Source of the DNA: Candidatus Multivoradales bacterium
GTDB taxonomy: Bacteria; Acidobacteriota; Thermoanaerobaculia; Multivoradales; JAHEKO01
Assembly: GCA_965223855.1 (NCBI GenBank)
Contig: CBDCXM010000009.1
Coordinates: 1,856,001 to 1,920,000, forward strand
Direction: 5' to 3'
Length of the DNA: 64,000 nucleotides
A program made the translations under genes and the position numbers. The notes below the pieces were generated by a model, which did not search any database, was not told the origin of the DNA, and saw only the letters and a program-made list of their open reading frames with translations. Below, piece by piece: positions 1-9,810 of the stretch. Numbering within the stretch: position 1 is the stretch's first letter; each line of letters begins with the position of its first letter.

Positions 1-230
1 CCGGGCTGAGCAGGGGTTCTCCGGCGGGCAGGCTCGCCAGTGGCAACAGAACCGTCGGATTCATTCCGAAAGTGGTGGCGCGTACGACTGCCGATCGCGG
101 TCCCGGGAGGGGGTGCGCGTCGTTACCGTGGTCTGGGGGGGCGAGCCGTGGTGCGGTTGAGCGGGTTCAGGGGGTTCGTCCATCAGTGCTGGCGGGATCG
201 TACCACGCAGACACCGCCTGCCGGGGGTCG

Positions 231-3200
231 TCAGTCAGGAGTCCCGCTGCATCTGAGAGCCTCGGCGAAGGGACGATCGTCGACCGCGCGGCCCGGTGCG
301 GGCGGGTGGGCGACGGTTCTGGCTGGCGGATAGGCGGTCATCGCGTGGTAGGGCATCGGTCCGACGGTCTGCGAGGCGGCGGTGTTGAGGTCACCGTCCT
401 TGACCCAGCCGTCGGTGTGGAGGACGAAGTGCCGGCTCCATCCGTCCGGCAGAGGAGGAAGCTCGGTGGCGGGGTAGCGGACGGTGAGAGCGTCCCCGGC
501 GTTCATGACGACGAGCCGGTCGTCGTTGCCGGCGAGCAGGGGCGAGACGGCGCCGTAGGAGGTGTAGCTGCCGATCAGATCGCGGAATCGGACCTCCGTA
601 GTTACGCGGTCTGCGTCGAAGAGATGGGGGCCGAACGCGTCGTCCCGGTAGAGCCTGGAGAAGCCGCGGTAGGAAAGCCGGGCATCCCGTGGCCGCAACC
701 GTGTGAGCCTGGCGTCGATGGTGCGCCGCTCGGCGACGGCGGCGGCGTCCCAGTAGATCTGGAAGTTGGTCGTCAGGCGGAGCTCGAACGGTGCGTCCCC
801 CAAGCCGGGCGGCAGGTCGACCACGACCGCCTTTCGCTTTCCCGCGGGAATCCGGAAGCCGCCGGTGACTTCGGCCCAGTCGCCGCCGAAATGACGGTAC
901 TCGAGGCGCGTCAGCGGCGCTGCGGGCGTGCGCTGCTGGGAGAGGGCGACATTGATGCTGGTGTCGGTCGGGAAGATCCACCCCCACAGGACGAGCTGCA
1001 GGTCACCGTCGCCGCGCCTCGAGACGCGATCGAACTCCAGTTCCAGCGTGTGAGGAGCCGCGACCCCCTGATAGCGGCCCAGCGGCAGTCCTCCGACGTG
1101 ACGACCGTCCCTGGCGGTGAGTCGGCGCGTCACGTCACGGCCGGAGTGATCACGTGCTGCCGTCGGTGGCCGCAGCTCGCCGAGCCAGGAGACGCTCGGC
1201 GCCGCCGGGTGAGGCGGCAGCGAGAAGCTCTCGTCGACGACGAAGCCGACCTCGGCCGGGGCATCGTAGACCCACAGCTCCTGGCGGTCGAGGTAGACCG
1301 CCTCCCACAGCTCCTCGGTGACGATCATCCAGTAGTCCCCCCCGACCGTCTCGAGAGCCGTCGGCGGGATGCGCACGAAGTCTCTACCCGACTGATGGGG
1401 TGCGGCGCTGCCGTCCGGGAAGGTCATCCCGAGCGGAGACTTCCACAGGAGATCGGTGACGAACTCGAAGCGCGACCCGTTCCAGGCGTAGAGGAACGGA
1501 CACGACCCCTTCAGTACCTGCTCCTCGTTCAGAATCTGGTCGGCGGCGAGGGCCGACCAGCTCTGGGCGAGGCCGTTGGTCCACAGCACCCGCAGGAGGT
1601 CCGCCTGGCGGGAGGCGCCGAGTCCGATGTGCAGGATGCGGCCCTCCGATCGCAGGTGCTGGTAGCGCCCTCCGGAGCGGACCTCGACCCGGGAGCCGTA
1701 CCCCTGCGAATGGTTCTTCGCGTTGTTCTCGACTCTTCCGGTCAGCGAGAGGCGGAGCCAGTGATTGAGATTGCCGCCTTCGTTGCGCCACAGGGCGAGC
1801 CCGTCGGCTGCCGATGCGACGAGGTCGAGGTCACCGTCCTCGTCCCAGTCGCCGGCCGAGAGGTGCTCCACGCGATTGTCGAGGGCCGCGACCTCCTCGA
1901 TCTCGAAGCTCCCGCCAAGATTCCTCGCAAAGTGGAAGGAACCGGCGGTGAGAACGGCGATGTCGGGGTCGCCGTCGTTGTCGAAGTCGGCGACCTCTGC
2001 CTCGTGCCAGGGAGTCTCGGCGATCTCGACGATCTCGAAACCGCCCGTCGTTCTACGGACGAGGGAGGCGCCGGAGCTTCCCCAGGCGAGGAGGTCGAAG
2101 AGGCCGTCGTTGTCGAAGTCGGAGACTTCGAGTCCCGCGACGCCCGCGGGATCGTCGAGCGGGATAGCGCTCGCCTCGAAGAGCCCGCGCCGCACGTTCT
2201 CGAGGTAGGAGAGGCCGTCGGCGGTGACAGCGACGGCATCGGAGTCTCCGTCGTCGTCGAAGTCGGCGCTCTCGAAGTCGGTGAGGATGCCGGTTAGGCC
2301 GCCGGGAAGTCCGGTGCCGTCCTTCCAGGCGTCGGCCTCCCAGGTGCCGTCGGCGTTGTTGCGCAGGTAGTGGCTGCGAGCTTCGTCGCTGACGACGAGG
2401 TCGAGGTCGCCGTCGTGATCGAGATCGACAGGCGCCACGAGGCCGACGTCGCCCGACACGGCAGTGAGCTCCACCTGCGCTCCGGTTCGTCCAGAGAGCC
2501 ACCACAAGCTCCCCGAGTGGTCGACGATGCGGTCGGAGCTCCGGTCCTGGTCGAAGTCGAGCCCGCTCCAGACGCGGACATCGACCCCGGCGTCGATCTC
2601 GAGCGCGCCGATCGACGATCCTGTGCCGCGCTGCCACCCCTCCTCGCTCCAGCGCATCTCCTCCACCCGGCCTCCGACGACGGCGAGCAGGATGTCGCCG
2701 CCGCGAACGATCGTCAACGGCCGGCCCGAGAGTTCCACCGGCCACCGGTTGCCGAGACTCCATCCGAAGGAGATGTCGCTCCCCCCCTGGATACTGGCCG
2801 GCAGAGGAGGGACGAAGTCGAGCTGCAGGAAGAAGCCGCGACCGACCTCGCCGCGGCCGACGAGCGGTCGCAGGTGTTGGCGGTAGAGCTCACCCGGCCG
2901 CAGCAGGTTGCGCAAAACCTGGGCTGCCGGTGCCGCGGCGGCTGGGTCTCCTTCCGGCGCGGCGGCATCGAGGATCGCCTCCGCCCACGGAGCCGCCTCC
3001 TCGTCGAAGCCGTCCAACCGGTCCTCGATCGCGTAGAGATCGTCGGCCATGTCGGGGCCGGCGACGGCCGCTGCGGTCACGAGCCGATCGACGAGCAGAA
3101 CCAGGTTCTCGGGGTCGGCCGCGGCGGCCCTCCTCGCCGCTGCGGCCGCAGCCTGCGGGTCGCCGTCCTCGGTGTGCCAGCGACTGGCCAGGTAGTACGG

Positions 3201-3617
3201 CCGCGGATCGCGCGGATGAGCGGCGGCGAACGTCTCGATCGCCGCCGTCCAGGGCCGGCCGAGCTCGCGCTCGAGGCGCGCCCTCAGATGGAGGAGGGAG
3301 GGGTGATTCGGGTCGAGCGCCGCAGCGCGATCGAGGGCGGCGCCCGCCGCTTCGAGATCGCCCGCCTCGAGGTGGCTGATCGCGAGGTTGAGGGGCGGCA
3401 GGAGGTTGTCCGGCAGCAGTGCCTCGAGGACGGTCAGCGCCCTGACGGCTCTCTCCCACTCCCCGGCATCGATGGCGACCAGCGCCTGACCGTGGACCGC
3501 TGCCGCCTCGCGATAGTGCTCTTCGGTCGCAGTCGAATCGGGCGATGTCGCGGCAGCGGTCGAGGTGGCGGCCGCCAGAGCCGCGGCCAGCGCGATCGCG
3601 ATCGGCAGAGACGTCAT
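231..3617 (-). CDS. Secreted TPR + FG-GAP propeller + ASPIC/UnbV protein with extra C-terminal domain (~1128 aa)
   Basis: Start re-called at ATG 3617 (signal peptide MTSLPIAIALAAALAAA). N-terminal TPR-like helices; repeated DxDxDGDxD Ca-binding motifs; ASPIC/UnbV segment (GYGSRVEV...LHIGLG...LRVLW); then SCPFLYAWNG C-terminal domain. Confidence 0.85.
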   Translation of the reverse strand: MTSLPIAIALAAALAAATSTAAATSPDSTATEEHYREAAAVHGQALVAIDAGEWERAVRALTVLEALLPDNLLPPLNLAISHLEAGDLEAAGAALDRAAALDPNHPSLLHLRARLERELGRPWTAAIETFAAAHPRDPRPYYLASRWHTEDGDPQAAAAAARRAAAADPENLVLLVDRLVTAAAVAGPDMADDLYAIEDRLDGFDEEAAPWAEAILDAAAPEGDPAAAAPAAQVLRNLLRPGELYRQHLRPLVGRGEVGRGFFLQLDFVPPLPASIQGGSDISFGWSLGNRWPVELSGRPLTIVRGGDILLAVVGGRVEEMRWSEEGWQRGTGSSIGALEIDAGVDVRVWSGLDFDQDRSSDRIVDHSGSLWWLSGRTGAQVELTAVSGDVGLVAPVDLDHDGDLDLVVSDEARSHYLRNNADGTWEADAWKDGTGLPGGLTGILTDFESADFDDDGDSDAVAVTADGLSYLENVRRGLFEASAIPLDDPAGVAGLEVSDFDNDGLFDLLAWGSSGASLVRRTTGGFEIVEIAETPWHEAEVADFDNDGDPDIAVLTAGSFHFARNLGGSFEIEEVAALDNRVEHLSAGDWDEDGDLDLVASAADGLALWRNEGGNLNHWLRLSLTGRVENNAKNHSQGYGSRVEVRSGGRYQHLRSEGRILHIGLGASRQADLLRVLWTNGLAQSWSALAADQILNEEQVLKGSCPFLYAWNGSRFEFVTDLLWKSPLGMTFPDGSAAPHQSGRDFVRIPPTALETVGGDYWMIVTEELWEAVYLDRQELWVYDAPAEVGFVVDESFSLPPHPAAPSVSWLGELRPPTAARDHSGRDVTRRLTARDGRHVGGLPLGRYQGVAAPHTLELEFDRVSRRGDGDLQLVLWGWIFPTDTSINVALSQQRTPAAPLTRLEYRHFGGDWAEVTGGFRIPAGKRKAVVVDLPPGLGDAPFELRLTTNFQIYWDAAAVAERRTIDARLTRLRPRDARLSYRGFSRLYRDDAFGPHLFDADRVTTEVRFRDLIGSYTSYGAVSPLLAGNDDRLVVMNAGDALTVRYPATELPPLPDGWSRHFVLHTDGWVKDGDLNTAASQTVGPMPYHAMTAYPPARTVAHPPAPGRAVDDRPFAEALRCSGTPD

Positions 3618-3640
3618 GTGTGTGCGCCCGATCGCCGACA

Positions 3641-3840
3641 CTAGCCCGGACTTCTCACGCCGGTGTGGTCTGGTAGGTCGTAGGTTGCTGAAGATACAAG
3701 GCTCCCGGTCGCGAGCACCGCAGGCTCGTCCGTAGCTGCGTCGAGGAGAGCAGCGACCGAAAAACGCAGTAGATTCAGTGACGTACGGCCTACCTGAGTA
3801 GTTCGGTGAGCAGTGCAGCGGCGTGAGAGGTCCGGGCCAG
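3641..3840. repeat. MITE-like palindromic element, copy 1 (200 bp)
   Basis: Ends CTAGCCCGGACTTCTCACGCCG / CGGCGTGAGAGGTCCGGGCCAG form terminal inverted repeats. The body aligns with the reverse complement of 43942-44126. Confidence 0.85.
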
Positions 3841-3915
3841 GAGACTGTAGCAGGCGGAACGGGCGTGGCAGCCACCCGCCCACGGCTGGTCACGGGCTGC
3901 CGGTCGGGGCCCCAG

Positions 3916-6165
3916 TCAGAGACCTGCTACGAGTCGCCACACCTGAGTGACGACGAAGCACAGCGCCAGCCCCATCACCACCGGCAGCAGCGCTGCGACG
4001 GCGGTCCACCGGGCGCTGCGCGTCTCTTTCCAGATGGTGTAGATGGTCGTCGAGCACGGGTTGTGGACGAGGCTGAAGAGCATCAGGTTGACGGCGGTGA
4101 GGAGCGTCCAGCCTCCCGCCTCCAGGAGACTGGCGGTCGCTTCCTGAGAATCGAGCTCGAACATCACGCCGGCGCCGGCGCCGAGATCGGCGCGCCCGAT
4201 CGCCAGCACCGTCAGCATCAGGATCGTCGGGATCACGATCTCATTGGCGGGGATGGCGATCACGTAGGCGAGCAGGATGAGGCCGGAGAGCCCCAGCGCC
4301 ATGGCGAACGGGTCCATGCCGGTCATCAGGATCTCGGCCAGACTGCGCCCGCCGACCTCGATGTTGGCCAGCAGCCAGATCAGCGCTCCCGCCGGCAGAG
4401 CGAAGACGACGGCTCGCCAGAGGACGATCAGGGTGCGATCGATGATCGACGTGTAGATCGTCTGGAGGATCCGCGGCGGCCGGTAGGGCGGCAGCTCGAG
4501 GTTGAAGGTCGACACCTCGCCCCGGAGCACGGTGCGCGACAGCAGCCACGAGGTGGCGAAGGTGAGGACGATGCCGAGCACCGCGATCGCGACGACCGAG
4601 AGGGCCGAGATCAGCCCTGCCAGATAGGCGGGCGCAAGACCGCCGATGAAGATCGAGGCGACGAGGATCTGGGTCGGCCAGCGACCGTTGCACAGCGCGA
4701 AGTTGTTCGTGAGGATCGCGATCAGCCGTTCGCGTGGAGAGTCGATGATCCGGGTCGAGACGATCGCCGCCGCGTTGCACCCCCAGCCCATCGCCATGGT
4801 CAGCGCCTGTTTGCCGTGGGCGCCGACCCGGTGGAACATCCGATCGAGGTTGAAGGCGACCCGCGGCAGATAGCCGAAGTCCTCGAGGAGGGTGAAGAGC
4901 GGGAAGAAGATCGCCATCGGCGGCAGCATCACCGACACCACCCAGGCGGTGGCGAGGTACATGCCGTCGATCAGCAGCCCGTCGAGCCACCACGGCATGG
5001 CGATCGCCTCCGCACCCGCCTTGAGGAGCGGATGCACCTTGTCGACCAGCAGCGTCGCCAGCATCGCCGACGGCACGTTGGCGCCGGCGATCGTGATCCA
5101 GAAAACGACCGTCAGCATGGCGAGCATCAAAGGAAAACCGAACAGGCGGCTCGTCACCAGGCGGTCGAGGGTGCGGTCCCAGTCGAAGCGCGGAGCTTCG
5201 CCGCTGCGGGTGACGGCCCGGTCGGCCAGCCGGGCCGCTTCCGTGTAGACCGCCTCGACGAGCTTCTGGTGAAAGTCCTTGCCGGCCTGCCAGCGCAGGC
5301 TCCTGGCGAGCTGCAGGAGTTCCGCGGCCTCTTCCGGCGCCGGTTCGTGGGCCGCCGGGGCTTCGTCGCCCGGTGTCAATCCCGCCTCGTTCTCCTGCAG
5401 CTCGCCGAGGGCTCCCGAAGTGGCGGCGGCGGCGATTCCCGTGTCGCCGTCGAGCAGGCGCAACGCCACCCACTGAGCGTTCGGCAGCTCCGGGTAGACC
5501 TCGACGACCTTGGCGGCGAGGTCGCGCACGGCGTCCTTCAGGCTCGACGACTGGCCTCCGACTCGCAGCGGCTTGCAGACGGCGGCACCGGTGGCGACGT
5601 CGCGGATCGCCGCGTTGAGCTCCTCGAGCCCCTCGCCGTAGCGAGCCGAGGTAGCGACCACCGGGACGCCGAGGTCACGCGCCAGCCGGCGATCGTCGAC
5701 CACCAGCCCCTTGCGGCGCGCCTCGTCCATCAGGTTGAGGCAGACGACCGCGCGATCGGTGATCTCCAGGACCTGCAGCACGAGGTTGAGGTTGCGCTCG
5801 AGGCGGGTGGCGTCGACCACGATCACCGTGACGTCCGGCTTGCCGAAGAGGATGAAGTCGCGCGCGATCTCCTCGTCGAGGCTCGACGAGAGGAGGGAGT
5901 AGGTGCCGGGCAGGTCGACCAGCTTGTAGCGATCGCCCCCGGTCGAGAATCCCCCCTCCGCCCGGGCGACGGTCTTGCCCGGCCAGTTCCCCGTGTGCTG
6001 ACGCAATCCGGTCAGAGAGTTGAACACCGTGCTCTTGCCGGTGTTCGGGTTGCCGGCGAGGGCGACGACGTAGTCGAAGTCCTCCATGTCGACGCCGAGC
6101 TTGATCAGGTTGCCGACGTGATGCGCCGGGCAGGTGGCACAGTTCTCCGGGCTCGGGCGGCTCAT
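3916..6165 (-). CDS. feoB: Ferrous iron/manganese transporter FeoB
   Basis: GNPNTGKS (G1), [13 protein letters not shown] (G3), NLMD (G4), [17 protein letters not shown] gate motifs and multiple TM segments. Confidence 0.95.
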   Translation of the reverse strand: MSRPSPENCATCPAHHVGNLIKLGVDMEDFDYVVALAGNPNTGKSTVFNSLTGLRQHTGNWPGKTVARAEGGFSTGGDRYKLVDLPGTYSLLSSSLDEEIARDFILFGKPDVTVIVVDATRLERNLNLVLQVLEITDRAVVCLNLMDEARRKGLVVDDRRLARDLGVPVVATSARYGEGLEELNAAIRDVATGAAVCKPLRVGGQSSSLKDAVRDLAAKVVEVYPELPNAQWVALRLLDGDTGIAAAATSGALGELQENEAGLTPGDEAPAAHEPAPEEAAELLQLARSLRWQAGKDFHQKLVEAVYTEAARLADRAVTRSGEAPRFDWDRTLDRLVTSRLFGFPLMLAMLTVVFWITIAGANVPSAMLATLLVDKVHPLLKAGAEAIAMPWWLDGLLIDGMYLATAWVVSVMLPPMAIFFPLFTLLEDFGYLPRVAFNLDRMFHRVGAHGKQALTMAMGWGCNAAAIVSTRIIDSPRERLIAILTNNFALCNGRWPTQILVASIFIGGLAPAYLAGLISALSVVAIAVLGIVLTFATSWLLSRTVLRGEVSTFNLELPPYRPPRILQTIYTSIIDRTLIVLWRAVVFALPAGALIWLLANIEVGGRSLAEILMTGMDPFAMALGLSGLILLAYVIAIPANEIVIPTILMLTVLAIGRADLGAGAGVMFELDSQEATASLLEAGGWTLLTAVNLMLFSLVHNPCSTTIYTIWKETRSARWTAVAALLPVVMGLALCFVVTQVWRLVAGL

Positions 6166-7208
6166 GGCGCCTCTCCCTGTGCGGACGCGGGCTCGAGGGG
6201 CTCGATCTGCACCTGGTCGGCCTGCGACTTCCTCAGGGCGATGACGGCGCCGCGAACCGCGTAGCCGGTCGGATCGCCGCCGGGGCTTCGGATCTCCGCG
6301 CGAACCTCGGTGCCGGGGATGAAGCCGAGGTCGAACATCCGGCGTCGCTGCGGCCCGCGCAGCGCCGGTGTGAAGGCGACCACGCGGCCGCTCTGGCCCG
6401 TCTCGAGGCTCGACAGACGGGTGACGGAGCCGTCGATCGCCTCCTCCGTCGGCAGGGGGACGACCGAGAGGTTGGCGGCGAGCACCGGGGCGAGCACGTG
6501 CTCCTCGGAGTCGGCTTCGAAGGTGATCCGCTGCGGGGTGACCTCGATCACGCGCACCGTCATCCCGAGGTAGAGCCCTTCGGCGACGAGCTGGGCGTAG
6601 ACGGCGTCCGGCTCGTCCTCGATGTGCACGATCTCGCCGATGTCACCCGCTTTCAGCCCGCTCAGCGGCGACCCCTCGCGGGGAGCGATCTCGCCCCCCG
6701 CGGTGGGGATGGGATCGCCGTGGGGATCGAATCTCGGGTGTCCCATGCTCGCCGAGAGCTCCTCGACCTCTTCGCTGGAGAGGGTGTGCTCGAGCTGCTC
6801 GGCACTCTCGTGCCAGACCTCCGGCCTGTGGCCGGTTTCCTCCGAGAGATAGCGTTCCCAGAGCCGGTGGGCGCGCACGATGCGCAGCGCGTAGCGCCGT
6901 CCCTCGCCGGTGAGCCGCAGCCTGCCGGCGTCCTCGACGACGAGCTCGCGCTCCTGCAGCCGGGCGAGAATCTCGGCGGCACGGTTGCCCGACACGGAAA
7001 GGGCCCCCGACAGGCTCTGCAGATTGGCGGTCCGACCGTGGTACTCGCAGTCGAAGAGGTGCTTGAGGGCGTCCTCGCTGAGAACTCGCTCGGTCGCCCG
7101 CCACGCCCGCATCCAACGCCAGTACCAGCCCCGGGTCGGCCAGAACAGCAGGACCGCCAGCGCGACGACGCCGACGGTTGCGAGCAGGGAGAGGAGGGGT
7201 TGAGTCAT
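6162..7208 (-). CDS. DtxR/MntR-family metal-dependent regulator with N-terminal TM segment and two FeoA (SH3-like) domains
   Basis: SEDALK...HRLWERYL...AEQLEH...DPHGDPIP is a DtxR core. Two FeoA-like repeats (GLYLG; [11 protein letters not shown]...SPGGDP...IALRK). 4-bp overlap with feoB. Confidence 0.9.
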   Translation of the reverse strand: MTQPLLSLLATVGVVALAVLLFWPTRGWYWRWMRAWRATERVLSEDALKHLFDCEYHGRTANLQSLSGALSVSGNRAAEILARLQERELVVEDAGRLRLTGEGRRYALRIVRAHRLWERYLSEETGHRPEVWHESAEQLEHTLSSEEVEELSASMGHPRFDPHGDPIPTAGGEIAPREGSPLSGLKAGDIGEIVHIEDEPDAVYAQLVAEGLYLGMTVRVIEVTPQRITFEADSEEHVLAPVLAANLSVVPLPTEEAIDGSVTRLSSLETGQSGRVVAFTPALRGPQRRRMFDLGFIPGTEVRAEIRSPGGDPTGYAVRGAVIALRKSQADQVQIEPLEPASAQGEAP

Positions 7209-7250
7209 GGGCTAGGTGCTCATGGGTTGGGTGCCCAAGGGCTGGGTGCC
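7206..7250. repeat. 3 x 15-bp imperfect tandem repeat at the regulator start
   Basis: catgggctaggtgct / catgggttgggtgcc / caagggctgggtgcc. Confidence 0.8.
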
Positions 7251-7270
7251 AGGCGCTTGTACCCGGTCGT

Positions 7271-7305
7271 TTTTTAGAGTACTCAAAATTCTGGGAAATC
7301 GTCAA
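7271..7305 (-). promoter_or_regulatory. Sigma70-type promoter overlapped by a candidate DtxR/MntR operator
   Basis: Minus strand TTGACG-N18-TACTCT. An AT-rich imperfect palindrome TTTTAGAGTACTCAAAA (7272-7288) covers the -10 box, in otherwise very GC-rich DNA. Confidence 0.65.
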
Positions 7306-7386
7306 GCCCTCCCCCCGCCGACGGTTCGCGATCGGGAATACAGTGTGCCGATCCCGCCTCCATGCCCTCGAAGCGGTCGACGGCGG

Positions 7387-9810
7387 TCAGGGACTCGGCG
7401 AGCCGACCGGTGGAGGCGTGACCGGCCGTGCCGTGCCTGCGCCGAATCGCAGCTCGTAGCGCGCGCCGGTCGCGAGCCGCCCGAACCGCTCGCTACTGCC
7501 GTCGGGCCACAGCACCTCGACCTCGACGGAACTGCGCTCTCCCACACCAATATGCACCGAGCCGGCGCGATGACTGAGGTAGCCGCCGCCTCCCGAGACC
7601 GCGCGCCAGGCAGCGAAGCCATCGTCGTCCGTGACGAGGAGCTGCGCACCGATGGCGTCTAGGTTGACGCCGCGCTCGGGCGCGCCCACCAGGTCGAACA
7701 ACAGCCACGATCTCTCGCCGTGCGGCAGCTCGTTGCGGAACAGGCGCGCCTCGGCGTGGAAGGTGCTGACCGCCAGGTCGGGATCGCCGTCGAGGTCGTA
7801 GTCGACGCTCACGGCTCCGCGGGAGTTGTACCCCTGGAGCGCCAGGGCGGTCGCCACCGGCTCGAAGTCGAGCGGCTCGTCCCGGCGCAGCAGCAGGTTG
7901 GCTTCGCGACTGTTGTTGATCGGATAGGTCCTTCCGCTGCCGTCGGGATGGAGGCGGTCCTGCGTGAAGGTGAGGTAGTCGGTGAAGCCGTTGGCGACGA
8001 ACAGGTCCTCGTCGCCGTCGAGGTCGTAGTCGAGGAACTCGCCCGCCCAGGCCCAGCCGGTGTCGTGGGAGAGAAACTCGGAGTCCTCGAAGCGCCGATA
8101 GGTCGGAGGAGACTCCGGCGGGTCTCCGGGGGTCGCAGGGCCGGAGAGCAGCAGGGTGTTGGTCTCGATGGGGCTCTCCTCGATCGGATCCCAGACCCAG
8201 ATATTGGTGACGAAGACGTCGGGCTTGCGATCGCCGTCGAGGTCGGCGAACGACACGTTCATCCCGTGATGGCGATCGTCGGCCCCCGCCTGCTCGCCGA
8301 TCGATTCGAAGCGACCCTTGCCGTCGTTGAGGAGCAGGGCGTTGCGACCGAAGTCGTTGGCGACGTAGAGGTCCTGGTCACCGTCGAGATCGAGGTCCGC
8401 GTGCGAGAGCGCCTGCGCCCAGCCGGTGTTGCCGTCGTCGCTCAGGCGCTCGAACCGCATTCCCCCGAGATTGCGGAAGAGCACGTTCGGCTGCGCGTTC
8501 TCAGCGCTACCCCCGGACCACGGATGGTTGCCCTCGAGGTAGTTGCCGAATCGACCGACATAGAGGTCGAGCAGACCGTCGTTGTCGATGTCGACCGCAG
8601 TTGCGGGCCCGCTGATCGAGCCCGCCTCCCCGAGACCGGACTCGGCGGTGACGTCGGTGAAGCCTCCCTGGCCGTCGTTGGCGAACAGCCGGTCGGAGTC
8701 GCGCGCCACGGTGAAGAAGAGGTCGCGATCGCCGTCGTTGTCGAAATCGGCGGCGACCGCCATCCTCGCCTCGCCGTCGAACTCGAGCCCTGCCGCTTGC
8801 GTGCGGTCCTCGAAGGTACCGTCGCCGAGGTTGCGGAACCAGGAGCAGCCGCGCCCGCCGCAGAGGACGAGGTCGGGCCAGCGGTCGCCGTCGAGGTCGG
8901 CGGCCGTCACGCCGCCGCCGCTGAAGGTCGGCGCCAGGGGGCCGAAGCGCCGGAAGCTCGAAAGCCAGTCGCTGGTGACGTGGCGGAAGTCGAGTCCCGC
9001 AGCGGCGGTGACGTCGAGGAAGTCGTCGGCCGCAGGGTCGGGGACGGTAGGCACGATCTCGCTCGCATCGGCGGCGACGATCGTTCGCGCCGCGGCGCGC
9101 AGGTGCCGGGTGGCGACGTGAGGCTCCAGCTCGCTTCGCGCATGGAGACCAGCGAGACGCAGGACCAGGAGCGCGTAGGCGTTGACGCCGTCGTGAAGCC
9201 GCTCGAGGGCGGCGTCCGACAGGGGCCGCGGATCGCCGGCAGGGTAGAGGGCCCCCTCGTCGAGATCGGACAGGGCGCGCCAGGCGACGCCGGTGGCGGC
9301 GAACGACTCGAGGTCGATCGTCTCGACCGCGAGGCGGCCTGCCGGCGGCGCCGCGGGAAAGAAGATCAGCTCACCGAACTCGTTCGCCGAAGCCGGCAGC
9401 GAGTGGGCGAGGAGGCCGGCGACGAAGTCGGGAGTGACCACCCCCAACCCGGTCTGTCGCGCGCCTTCCTCCAGCGCCTGGAGGAAGCCGGCCGCGACCT
9501 GAGCGGTGATGCGGTGGAGCGTCCCGAGGAGTCGCCGGAACTCCGCCTGGTCCGTCGGCATCGGGTAGCGGGCCCAGTAGCGCGACAGGTTGCGCAGCAG
9601 GAGAGCCTCCGGGGAGTCCGAGAGCCGGGGATCTTCGGCCGCCCGCTCGAGCCGCTCGAGAGAGCGGCCCGAGATCGAGCCGGCGACCGGCTCCGCCACG
9701 CCCGATGCCTCTGTCGGAGTCTGCTGCCCGTGTTGACCGTGCACGCTCGTCGCGGTGACCCCGGCGACGAGCGCGGCGGTCACGACGGCGCGGATGCCGT
9801 CGATGCTCAG
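7387..9810 (-). CDS. CRTAC1/ASPIC-UnbV family protein with N-terminal helical (possible double histone-fold) domain
   Basis: Many DxDxDGxxD repeats; C-terminal NLDAIGA...GGGYLSH...HIGVG...VLWPDG. Start uncertain (CTG 9810 overlapping the upstream stop, or GTG 9783). Confidence 0.85.
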   Translation of the reverse strand: MSIDGIRAVVTAALVAGVTATSVHGQHGQQTPTEASGVAEPVAGSISGRSLERLERAAEDPRLSDSPEALLLRNLSRYWARYPMPTDQAEFRRLLGTLHRITAQVAAGFLQALEEGARQTGLGVVTPDFVAGLLAHSLPASANEFGELIFFPAAPPAGRLAVETIDLESFAATGVAWRALSDLDEGALYPAGDPRPLSDAALERLHDGVNAYALLVLRLAGLHARSELEPHVATRHLRAAARTIVAADASEIVPTVPDPAADDFLDVTAAAGLDFRHVTSDWLSSFRRFGPLAPTFSGGGVTAADLDGDRWPDLVLCGGRGCSWFRNLGDGTFEDRTQAAGLEFDGEARMAVAADFDNDGDRDLFFTVARDSDRLFANDGQGGFTDVTAESGLGEAGSISGPATAVDIDNDGLLDLYVGRFGNYLEGNHPWSGGSAENAQPNVLFRNLGGMRFERLSDDGNTGWAQALSHADLDLDGDQDLYVANDFGRNALLLNDGKGRFESIGEQAGADDRHHGMNVSFADLDGDRKPDVFVTNIWVWDPIEESPIETNTLLLSGPATPGDPPESPPTYRRFEDSEFLSHDTGWAWAGEFLDYDLDGDEDLFVANGFTDYLTFTQDRLHPDGSGRTYPINNSREANLLLRRDEPLDFEPVATALALQGYNSRGAVSVDYDLDGDPDLAVSTFHAEARLFRNELPHGERSWLLFDLVGAPERGVNLDAIGAQLLVTDDDGFAAWRAVSGGGGYLSHRAGSVHIGVGERSSVEVEVLWPDGSSERFGRLATGARYELRFGAGTARPVTPPPVGSPSP

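Noticed and set aside
1-183. Minus-strand gene start at 64 (MNPTVLLPLA...) and a 40-codon ORF 183..61 overlapping it
   Set aside because: Too little sequence at the window edge to support a call.
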